Shown here piece after piece: positions 27,620-35,823 of a stretch of DNA of 39,024 bases. Source of the stretch: Mycobacterium sp. (lineage in GTDB: Bacteria > Actinomycetota > Actinomycetes > Mycobacteriales > Mycobacteriaceae); the NCBI GenBank assembly GCA_028706695.1, contig JAQTVU010000001.1, forward strand, positions 1 through 39,024, written 5' to 3'. The position numbers and the translations under genes were made by a program. The notes beneath the pieces are model-generated. The model did no database searches. It saw nothing but the letters and a program-made list of their open reading frames with translations, and had not been told where the DNA came from. Positions within the stretch are counted from its first letter, which is position 1; each line of letters opens with the position of its first letter.

Positions 27620-28192
27620 ATGGCGGTGGTGTTTCTCGACACCGAAACGACCGGGACGCATCGCGGGTACCGGGCGTGGGAGGTCGCGATGATTCGCCGC
27701 GACGACGACGGAGCTGAGCAGTCCATCACCATCTTCGTCGATCAAGCCGACCTCGACCTCGCTCACGCAGACCCTGCGGCACTGGCAATCGGCCGTTTCG
27801 AGCAGCGCCATCCCGGGTTCGGGTTCCCGCTGCAGCCCGGGCAGGTGCATCTGCGGGAGGCGCAGGCTGCGCGCATCGTTCACCAGTGGACCGCCCAGGC
27901 GACGGTGTGGGGCGTCAACCCCAGCTACGACACGATCGGCTTAGACGGCATGCTAGCTCGCCAAGGAATCAGGCCGTCGTGGTTCTATGTGCCCCAAGAT
28001 ATCTGCGGTATCGCCTTCGGCTTCAAGCTGGGCAGTTACCCCCCGCCGCCGCGCGCAGCGACGCCGCTGTCACTGGCCTGCGGTGTGTCGCCGCCAGGGC
28101 CTCAGGAGCGGCACACCGCCATGGGCGATGCCGACTGGGTGCGCCGCTGGTTTGACAAGCTCGCCGAGTACGGGCCGGTCGGCGCCTCATGA
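27620..28192 (+). CDS. DEDDh (DnaQ-like) 3'-5' exonuclease
   Basis: FLDTETTG, NPSYD, HTAMGDA; GGAGGA RBS. Confidence 0.9.
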   Translation: MAVVFLDTETTGTHRGYRAWEVAMIRRDDDGAEQSITIFVDQADLDLAHADPAALAIGRFEQRHPGFGFPLQPGQVHLREAQAARIVHQWTAQATVWGVNPSYDTIGLDGMLARQGIRPSWFYVPQDICGIAFGFKLGSYPPPPRAATPLSLACGVSPPGPQERHTAMGDADWVRRWFDKLAEYGPVGAS

Positions 28193-28875
28193 TCAGGCGT
28201 CGGGTCCTGCTGGGCGCGGCAGCGCTTACCGCGAGCACGGTAGTAGCCGGTGCGACGCTGCTCGATCAGCATCACACTAGTGTGGCCGCGGTCCCGCCGG
28301 CGACAGTCGAGCAGGCCGCTGATCTTCTCGCCGAAGTCACTGTGGTAGACCAGATCAACGACGTGCCCGGCTATGAGCGGGGTTGCAAGAAGGGGCAGGC
28401 CTGCAGTTTCGGCCCGGCGTGGAACGACCCTGCATCACACACAGGCTGCGACACCCGCAATGTCGTGCTGGCTGCCCAGCTGCGCGACGTGCAGTTCAAA
28501 CCCGGCACTCACAACTGCAAAGTCAGTGCCGGCTGGGAAATCGACCCCTACACGGGTCAGCGAATCACGTTGGCGCAGACACAGATTGACCACATCTATC
28601 CGCTACACCGAGCCTATGACGCCGGGGCGTCGCAGTGGCCCCAGGCGCGCCGCCAACACTTCGCCAACGACCTGAAGAACCTGCTGGCGGTATCAGCGCA
28701 CGCCAACGAGTCCAAAGGCGATTCCGGCCTGGGAAACTGGTTGCCCGCCAACGTGTCTGAGCGCTGCCCATACACGGTGCGTTATCTGGCCGTTGCGGTC
28801 TCCTACGGGCTGCCCATCACGAAATCCGACAAGGCCGCGGCCACCATGGCCTGCAACAAGAACGGTGCCCCATGA
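28189..28875 (+). CDS. Exported HNH-type nuclease (DUF1524-like)
   Basis: RRRVLLG signal/anchor; CDTRNVVL, DPYTG, IDHIYPL, FAND..NLLAV...N.SKGD. Confidence 0.9.
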   Translation: MIRRRVLLGAAALTASTVVAGATLLDQHHTSVAAVPPATVEQAADLLAEVTVVDQINDVPGYERGCKKGQACSFGPAWNDPASHTGCDTRNVVLAAQLRDVQFKPGTHNCKVSAGWEIDPYTGQRITLAQTQIDHIYPLHRAYDAGASQWPQARRQHFANDLKNLLAVSAHANESKGDSGLGNWLPANVSERCPYTVRYLAVAVSYGLPITKSDKAAATMACNKNGAP

Positions 28876-30617
28876 CCGAACCCGATGCGCCGCGCCCGCG
28901 GCACGCCGAATCCTATTGGCTGGCACCCAGTATCAGCCTAGGTGGCGGATGCCTGCTATTAGCCGGAATTGGTCTGCTGCTCTACATGCTGGGCCGGCTG
29001 GGCCACCCCCACACGCTGGAGCCGGCGTCACTGCTGTGGATTGCGGGCATCGCCGCCACCTCCGTGGGCCTGGGCTGGCTGTTTCAACGACCCGGGCGGC
29101 CCCGACACCACCCCGAGCAGCCCGTGTCAGACCCCGCGGCACCCGCCCCCGAGACGCCGGCGGGACCCTCGATCGTGCTGGGGGGCGGCGACATTGACCG
29201 AATCCGCCAACTGCTATCAGGCAAGTTCCCGTTCGAACTCATCGAAACAGCAGTCAATTACGACCCCGACAACGGCCGGCTCATGTCCTACGCCCTGCAC
29301 GCGAACATCCCCGGGTACCTGGCGGACCGGCGCAACGCCACCATGGTGCAGACACGCCTACAGGGGGCCGTGCCAGGAGACTGGCTCGTCGCGGTCGACT
29401 CCGCCCGCGACCAGGTCGTCGTCACACGCAAGAAGCCGTTCCCCAAGTGGATCGCGCCACCCCACCCTGACACCATCATCAGCAGCGTCGACGCCGCCAT
29501 CGCCAATTACGACAAGTTCGAGATCTCCATCGGCGTCGACGAGCGCGGCGAACGCCTGGCGTACTCGCTGAAGTCCTATCACCATTGGCTGGTCATCGGC
29601 GGAACAGGTTCAGGCAAAAGCGTGTTCGTCCGCGGCATCATCGAGCAGCTGCGCGCCGGCGGAATCCCGATCCTGGCCGGCGATGGCAAGGGCACCGACT
29701 ACACCAGCCTCAACGGCGAGGCGCAGATCGTCATGATCTCGTCGAGCCCTGCCGAGCACCCCCGCCTAGTCCACGCCGCGGTCGAAGAACTCACACGCCG
29801 GCGCGACATCGCGCAGCGCCGCAAAGCTCAAGGCCATCCCGACCCGATGGCCTTCCCCGCATGGATGATCATCCTCGACGAGTTCGCCACCATGCGCAAC
29901 GAAGTCGCGGCCCGCTACGAGGAACACCCATCCAAAGACAACCCGTTCGTCGACGACCTGCGGGTGATGTTCAAAGTCGGCCGCGAATTCCGACTGCACA
30001 TGATGCTGTCGACCCAAGACCTCTACGCGAAAACGATTCCCCGCGACATCTTGGGTCAGTGCAAACTCGTCATCACCCTCGGCCCGCCCAGCGAGATGAC
30101 ACTCAGGCAAGCGTTCACCCAGGAGATGGAACCCAAGGCCCGCCAGGTGGGCGAGCTGATCAGCCCCGAATCCCAGGGCCGCGGCCTGGTCGCGGTGCCC
30201 GAAACAGCCAGCGTCATGGAGTTCCAGTCCTACTGGAGCTACACCCCCGGCGCCGACATAGACAGCCCGAAAATCCCCGAAGGAATCCGGGAACCATGGC
30301 GGGCGTTCCGTGACTCGGTGTCGAATCGGATACCGAAACTGTTCAGCCGCCAATGGTTCCGTGTCGAAGACGCCGACTTCGTCAAAATGCCCATGCAGGA
30401 CCTGCACGCACTGGAGATGGTCAACCTCGACCTCGAAGACGGAACCCCAGATCCTGAGATGTACCAGTTCGACAAGAGCCGCGACGACTACAACGGCCAC
30501 CTGCAGGGACTGGCCCGCGCCGGCGCGCTGCGAGAGCTGAAAATCCAGACCGCCCCAGACGCGCCGACACCGGCCGCAGCCATCGACAACCAGGAAGGAC
30601 GAACCGACAATGGGTGA
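28872..30617 (+). CDS. Membrane-bound FtsK/SpoIIIE-family ATPase (putative DNA translocase or coupling protein)
   Basis: Two N-terminal TMs; HWLVIGGTGSGKS, DGKG, IILDEF, GRE..HMMLSTQ, GRG. Confidence 0.9.
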   Translation: MTEPDAPRPRHAESYWLAPSISLGGGCLLLAGIGLLLYMLGRLGHPHTLEPASLLWIAGIAATSVGLGWLFQRPGRPRHHPEQPVSDPAAPAPETPAGPSIVLGGGDIDRIRQLLSGKFPFELIETAVNYDPDNGRLMSYALHANIPGYLADRRNATMVQTRLQGAVPGDWLVAVDSARDQVVVTRKKPFPKWIAPPHPDTIISSVDAAIANYDKFEISIGVDERGERLAYSLKSYHHWLVIGGTGSGKSVFVRGIIEQLRAGGIPILAGDGKGTDYTSLNGEAQIVMISSSPAEHPRLVHAAVEELTRRRDIAQRRKAQGHPDPMAFPAWMIILDEFATMRNEVAARYEEHPSKDNPFVDDLRVMFKVGREFRLHMMLSTQDLYAKTIPRDILGQCKLVITLGPPSEMTLRQAFTQEMEPKARQVGELISPESQGRGLVAVPETASVMEFQSYWSYTPGADIDSPKIPEGIREPWRAFRDSVSNRIPKLFSRQWFRVEDADFVKMPMQDLHALEMVNLDLEDGTPDPEMYQFDKSRDDYNGHLQGLARAGALRELKIQTAPDAPTPAAAIDNQEGRTDNG

Positions 30618-30831
30618 ACTGACCTGTGGGATGTGCGGCGCCAGAGGCGATCACGAACACTTCGCAGTCGTGGTCTATGAGAACAGCCAAGAGCTAGGCC
30701 GGCTAACCCCAGACAAAACAACCACCAGCGACCGGTACCGCGCCGCGATCTTCTCGCGCAAGAACGCCAAGGACGCCGCCGCGGTGATCAACTCCAGCCA
30801 GACTCTGTCAGCGACGGTGGTGCCCTTCTAG
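30610..30831 (+). CDS. Small CxxC hypothetical protein
   Basis: Overlaps the FtsK stop; GGAAGGA RBS; CGMC..H. Confidence 0.6.
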   Translation: MGELTCGMCGARGDHEHFAVVVYENSQELGRLTPDKTTTSDRYRAAIFSRKNAKDAAAVINSSQTLSATVVPF

Positions 30832-30844
30832 ACATCACCCGCAC

Positions 30845-30934
30845 CTGTTGAGACACACACTGTTTCAGCAGAACTGCACCTAGAGGTGCAGTGTGCATCG
30901 CCCCAGGGGAGGCGGCGATACACCACACTCAACA
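30845..30934 (+). other. Three-hairpin structured intergenic element
   Basis: CTGTTGAGACA/TGTTTCAGCAG (G-U pairs); ACTGCACCT-ag-AGGTGCAGT; ATCGCC/GGCGAT. Confidence 0.55.
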
Positions 30935-30948
30935 CCCGGGGGAGCATC

Positions 30949-31248
30949 ATGCCCGACACCGATTACGCCCTAGCGTGGGACTTCATCGACGACGCCGGCG
31001 ACGGCCGCCCGTACCAGCTTCGCTTCCGCAAGAAGCGCTACAGCGACACCGAAGGAATCCTGATCGCTGAGATCGCCAGCCGCGGACGCCCAGACAACGG
31101 CACCATCATTCAGATCAGCCGCGACGGCGTGAAGTTCGACGACGTCGAGAGCGCGCTCAAAGGCTGGCAGACCTGGGCACGCATCAACGAGTACCAGGTT
31201 TCGTTGAGCGCGATCCAGACCAGGATCGCCGAACTGGGACTCACCTAA
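30949..31248 (+). CDS. Hypothetical protein (99 aa)
   Basis: GGGGGAG RBS. Confidence 0.75.
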   Translation: MPDTDYALAWDFIDDAGDGRPYQLRFRKKRYSDTEGILIAEIASRGRPDNGTIIQISRDGVKFDDVESALKGWQTWARINEYQVSLSAIQTRIAELGLT

Positions 31249-31384
31249 GCCCTGGCGGGCCAGATGCCACGCCCGGGCGGGACTTGTGACTGCGCTCGGG
31301 GGTTGCCGGTGGCGGTAGCGGACATGACCCCCCCACCGCGCCCGCGCCCGCAGACCATCTACCGAACGGAAAGGACGAAAAACG

Positions 31385-31744
31385 ATGAGGATTTACGCAG
31401 TTCGTGACGCATCACAATCAATCAGCACTATCAGCTACAAGCCAAGCGTCTCCGCCGAGGCCGCTGAGGCATTACGCCTATCCAGGATTCAGGCTGAAGT
31501 GGTGTACACCGAAAGCGCCGCCGGTTCGGTGCCGACGCCCGCCGAGTGGGCCAGCGCTGAGGCGTATCAGCTCGGGCGATCAACGGGATTCAATGCCGCT
31601 AACTTCGGCCAGGCATACGAAGGCGCCACCGGCGACACCGTGTTCGACTGCACTGTTCCTGGCCACTTCAGCGGCGCTGACGCCGACGACTACCGCCTCG
31701 GCCACACTGATGGCGTGGCCTCGTTCTGGGCGCTCGACGAATAA
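31385..31744 (+). CDS. Hypothetical protein (119 aa)
   Basis: AAAGGA RBS; repeated Y(Q/R)LG...G motif. Confidence 0.65.
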   Translation: MRIYAVRDASQSISTISYKPSVSAEAAEALRLSRIQAEVVYTESAAGSVPTPAEWASAEAYQLGRSTGFNAANFGQAYEGATGDTVFDCTVPGHFSGADADDYRLGHTDGVASFWALDE

Positions 31745-31905
31745 GGCAAACGAGGCGCGCCGGTAAGGCTTGTGGCAGAGAAACTCTCAGTTAGTAGCGT
31801 GGACCTGTATGGGCGCGGCGGTCAGCCAAGGCGCCGGCGGCAGGTCAGGTTTTCGCAGGACTCCTTTCCGCCTTCATATCCGTGCAGAGTGGCGATGATT
31901 GACAC

Positions 31906-32670
31906 ATGAAGCGCAGTTTCGATGACCTCATAGCCGAAGCCGACTCAGTCGACGTCTCAGGCTGGGACTTTTCCTGGCTCGACGGCAGGGCAACAGAACA
32001 ACGCCCCTCCTGGGGGTACCAACGCCTGCTTCGCGAGCGCCTACCACGCGTCCAATCCGCGCTGGACCTTTACACCGGAGGCGGTGAAGTCCTCGCCGGC
32101 GCGCGTCCGTTTCCGCCGACGATGGTTGCCACCGAACCGTGGCCACCCAACATCAATCGGGCCACAGAGCTTCTTCACCCGCTCGGCGCGGTCGTCGTCG
32201 CCACGACCGATGAGCGGCCACTGCCGTTCGGCGACAACGCATTCGATTTGGTCACGAGCCGTCATCCCTCACAGGTGTGGTGGGACGAGTTCGTTCGAGT
32301 CCTCAAGCCCGGGGGCGCTTACTTCGCCCAGCACGTCGGCATCATCTACCTGCGCACACTGCGCGAATACTTCCTCGGTCCCCAACTCAAGGACCGCCGA
32401 ATCCGCGGGCAACTTGACGTCGACACTGTCGGCGAAGAAATCTCCTGCGCCGGACTCGAAGTCGTCGACCTCCGACACGAGCAGATCAAAGAGGAGTTCT
32501 TCGATATCGGCGCCGTCGTCTACTTTCTGCGCAAATTGAGCTGGGTCGTCCCTGACTTCAGCGTTTCTCGGTACCACGACAAACTCCGTGCGTTAAATGA
32601 TCAGATTCAATCCGAAGGCAGCTTCATCACCCATAGCTCACGTCTTCTGGTCGAAGCCCGAAAACTGTAG
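31906..32670 (+). CDS. Class I SAM-dependent methyltransferase
   Basis: GWDFSWL N-terminus, LDLYTGGGE, LPFGDNAFDLV, RVLKPGG. Confidence 0.92.
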   Translation: MKRSFDDLIAEADSVDVSGWDFSWLDGRATEQRPSWGYQRLLRERLPRVQSALDLYTGGGEVLAGARPFPPTMVATEPWPPNINRATELLHPLGAVVVATTDERPLPFGDNAFDLVTSRHPSQVWWDEFVRVLKPGGAYFAQHVGIIYLRTLREYFLGPQLKDRRIRGQLDVDTVGEEISCAGLEVVDLRHEQIKEEFFDIGAVVYFLRKLSWVVPDFSVSRYHDKLRALNDQIQSEGSFITHSSRLLVEARKL

Positions 32671-32717
32671 TTACTGAACGTAGTTCGGCGTAACGGTGCG
32701 GCAGGGGCAGATCTCGG

Positions 32718-33107
32718 TCAGGCCGCGACTACGTGGGTCGCGCGGCCGGTCAGGAGAACGACAACGCCGGCGTCGGGTCCGGTTTCGCCGGGCTCCCACG
32801 AAGAGGGCACGATGCGCAGGTGGTGTCGGGCCAGCAGCCACCGGTCCACCTCGCTGAAGATCTCGGTCAGCGGGGCCGAGAGCTCGACCTCGCACACGAT
32901 CGTCTCCACGACGTCGGGTTCGGGGTCGTCTTCCCAGCGGCGCGTCTCTTCTCGAATCAGTGTCGCTGAGAACGGGCCTTCAGGGGTCACCTGCGACAGC
33001 TCGCACAGCATGGTCACCTCGATGGCAGGGTGATCGCCGGGAGCGGCTTCGTCGGCAGTGCTGGTAGCGGGATCGCCCTGGTACGCGTTGTGCGCCTGAA
33101 CTGCCAT
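32718..33107 (-). CDS. Acidic hypothetical protein (129 aa)
   Basis: GAGG RBS before MAVQAHNAY. Confidence 0.7.
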   Translation of the reverse strand: MAVQAHNAYQGDPATSTADEAAPGDHPAIEVTMLCELSQVTPEGPFSATLIREETRRWEDDPEPDVVETIVCEVELSAPLTEIFSEVDRWLLARHHLRIVPSSWEPGETGPDAGVVVLLTGRATHVVAA

Positions 33108-33283
33108 GTGCTGCACCTCTCCACTCACACCGCTGGTGCTACACATCAAAACACACCGCTGTGTAGCGGCGCAACATTTTGGTAGAGATTTTCTGCCGCT
33201 TCGTAGAAATCCGCTCCACCTGCGTAAACGAGGCCGCAAGGCGGCTCTGCCGCCATCTAAACCGGTGACTATGGCCCGACGGT

Positions 33284-33314
33284 GACACACATAAGCGATC
33301 TAATTAAGTGTGTC
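33284..33314. promoter_or_regulatory. AT-rich inverted repeat (operator or recombination-site candidate)
   Basis: GACACACATAA-gcgatctaa-TTAAGTGTGTC; arms 10/11 symmetric. Confidence 0.5.
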
Positions 33315-33492
33315 GCATGTGCTCCAATGCTGTGCGACTTGAACGGCCCACAGGTCACCACCTGCCCGCCGGGCGAAATAGCCGCAGCCGACATCGAGAT
33401 CACCGAGAGACAGTTGCTGGTAGCGCTAAGGCGGCGGTTGTCTGATCATTTGCGGGCATGAAGGACAACAGGCCGAGTGGGAGTGTGAACAA

Positions 33493-33882
33493 GTGCCGGC
33501 ACAGGCGTGGGTGGCGTTGATCGTGGGCGGTGTCGCCGCGGTTGGCGCCGTGGTGAATTGGTATCAGCGAAACCGTTCCGACAGGCGTAGCGAGTGGTGG
33601 CGTCGCACGTCGTGGGCGTACGAGCGGACGTTCAGCGACAACGATGAAGAGGCCCGGGTCGGCTGGGAAATGCTTCGCGTGATGGTCCGTTCTAGACTGG
33701 CGACACAGGACGATTCGGACATCGTCCAGGTGGTCGGCGAGCAAGAGAGCTTGGGCACCGCGGAGGAGGACGAGTATGGCGACGGACCAGAAACCGTCAA
33801 CGCCAGCCGAGCAGCGGGGCCGGCCGCCACGAAGCCTCGCGACGCGGAAGGCGGCGGCCCAGGCGGCAGTGGAGGCCAGTAA
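33493..33882 (+). CDS. Single-TM hypothetical protein
   Basis: TM helix followed by DRRSEWWRRTSWA. Confidence 0.7.
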   Translation: MPAQAWVALIVGGVAAVGAVVNWYQRNRSDRRSEWWRRTSWAYERTFSDNDEEARVGWEMLRVMVRSRLATQDDSDIVQVVGEQESLGTAEEDEYGDGPETVNASRAAGPAATKPRDAEGGGPGGSGGQ

Positions 33883-33940
33883 GAAGACTGGCCGCCCAGT
33901 CGATCCGCGGGTCAAGGCACTCGCCGACCAGCCGGACTAG
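33776..33940 (+). CDS. Small basic protein (54 aa) overlapping the previous gene (not in ORF track)
   Basis: GGAGGAGG RBS; MATDQKPST...AVEASKKTGRPVDPRVKALADQPD*. Confidence 0.55.
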   Translation: MATDQKPSTPAEQRGRPPRSLATRKAAAQAAVEASKKTGRPVDPRVKALADQPD

Positions 33941-34110
33941 GTCTAGAGCAGGGCTACGGCGAGCTCGACGACAATGATGACGCCGCCGAAGGCGTGCCCG
34001 ACGCCGGCGATGCCGACTGTCACCCTACGGCTGGCCTGTGTCCTAAAACGCTTGCTTGCCCGGGGCGGATCTGGGACCCCGTGTGCGTGGGCCTGCGGCC
34101 CCGGAACGCG

Positions 34111-35256
34111 TCAGCGGCGCTGGTTCAGCGCAGCCAAAACCGTCGAGACCGCCGCAACTACCTTGTCGTCCAACGGGATTCCGGCTTCGATATCCTCGAT
34201 TACCTTCACTGGTACGCCGGCAGCATTGGCCGTCTCTTCGACACTGAGTTCGTGGCGGTGCCTGGCCGCATACAACTGCTGCCCCAACGTGGCAGCAGGA
34301 GATCGAGCGGCGCGCAACATCAGATCCTTATAGCACTTGCGGACAGCGCCCAGCACCAACGCGATGTCTGGATCCCCCTTGGTGGTTGTCGCAGCGCTTG
34401 CGCACAAACCCTCGAGTCGGCGCAGATCAGCCAGCACCGCGGCCGAACGCTCTGCGAACGCAGGGTCGCTGGAATCGGGCAGCGACCCGATCGCCGTCTT
34501 GATAGTTGCGAAGGCCAATTCGAACGCACCAGTCAGCGCAGAGGTCCGGACCGTATTGCTGTTGTCCCCGCTGACGTCGCCGCCGTTCAAACGCTGAGTG
34601 GCCTCAAAGCGGCCCTGCCGGCGAAGTTCGGCGATATGGCCTTCCGGCCACTGCAGCACCTGCTCGAGCTTGGCGCGAGTCGAAGGGCGCGGCCAGCGCC
34701 GCCCCTTCTCAAACCCGATCAGCCCGCCCGCGTTCATAATTCCGTCCCGAGCTAACCCGCGCTGGGTCACTCCGAGCTCGTCGCGACGAGCGGCCACGGC
34801 GCGCCCGGCGAACGCGATCCCAGGATCTGTCACCTCGGGATCGACGATGTCGTCTTCGTCTTCGTCTTCGTCTGCCTCTGAGATGTGGTCAGTCGGCGCG
34901 CTGTGCGGCCCGGGCGGGGGGCCGAAAGCCACCGCGACGCCGCGGTCATCACCTAGGCGGATAACTAGTCCGTCATGAATCGTGATGGAGGACTGCCGTT
35001 CACCGTTCACGTACATGCCGTTCTTGCTCGTGTCGGTGGCCACCCACCCTGCAGGGGCGTGGTCGATCCGCACATGCGTCCGCGAGACGTGTTCCTCGCC
35101 GACGATGACCTGAGCCGGGGCTGAACGGCCGATGACGATTGGCGCCTCGTCTGGCTCGAAGGTGTAGTGGTGCGTCCCAACGTGGATCAGCAGGGCAGAA
35201 GACGTGCTCGCTGAGGTTGAGTCGGTCTCCGAGGGCTCGGCCTGGATGGCCTGCAT
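34111..35256 (-). CDS. FHA-domain / double XRE-HTH transcriptional regulator
   Basis: FHA motifs IGR, VSRTH, SKNG; HTH1 RRDELGVTQRGLA..FEKGRRWP; HTH2 RHRHELSVEETANAAGVP..IEAG. Confidence 0.9.
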   Translation of the reverse strand: MQAIQAEPSETDSTSASTSSALLIHVGTHHYTFEPDEAPIVIGRSAPAQVIVGEEHVSRTHVRIDHAPAGWVATDTSKNGMYVNGERQSSITIHDGLVIRLGDDRGVAVAFGPPPGPHSAPTDHISEADEDEDEDDIVDPEVTDPGIAFAGRAVAARRDELGVTQRGLARDGIMNAGGLIGFEKGRRWPRPSTRAKLEQVLQWPEGHIAELRRQGRFEATQRLNGGDVSGDNSNTVRTSALTGAFELAFATIKTAIGSLPDSSDPAFAERSAAVLADLRRLEGLCASAATTTKGDPDIALVLGAVRKCYKDLMLRAARSPAATLGQQLYAARHRHELSVEETANAAGVPVKVIEDIEAGIPLDDKVVAAVSTVLAALNQRR

Positions 35257-35823
35257 GCGATCACACTCCTGTCGCGCTGCCGATGTTGCACCGCCGCCTC
35301 ATGCTACAACTAAAGCAGGCGCTGATCTACAAGTAGGGTGAGGCGGCGGGGCGCGACATCTGCGCCGGGCGCAACGGGTTTCCGGCGGCTTGCCCGAACC
35401 TAATTGCCAAGCCCGCTGGCATGAATCAGCACGTCAAAGCAACGGAATGCCGTAAAGTGCCACGGCCTCGACGCCTCGGTAACGGCACCACTTCCAGCGG
35501 CGCGCAGGCATCTCCAGGCTCTTCGGATGCTATACCATGCCCCTGGTCTAATGAGTAGCGCAGCTGGGTTTCAGCTGCGGAGCGCGGCACTGTGCGCCGA
35601 CATTCGAATAGCGGCCCGCGTCAACAATTGCGCCGCCAGCGTGGTTCCGCGGCATGTGCAGGGCGGGAGCGCTCGCTGGGGCAGCGGCGAGGGCGTGATG
35701 CCCCTGCCGCGGATATTCGGCGGCGAATAACGCCATGAGCACGGCAATGACACCTGACTCCGTTACGCTGAAATCTTGCCGTAAGTGTGGCGGTGTCGAC
35801 GTCACCAGGTTTCGGAGGTGCTG

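Noticed and set aside
28872-30617. EccC of the ESX system
   Set aside because: It has one ATPase domain rather than three and lies far from the ecc genes
33284-33314. XerCD dif site
   Set aside because: ATAA plus a GCGA spacer start is reminiscent, but the right arm lacks the TTATGT(T/C)AA XerD consensus
34851-34872. (CGTCTT)n short tandem repeat
   Set aside because: It simply encodes the acidic EDEDEDD linker of the FHA regulator
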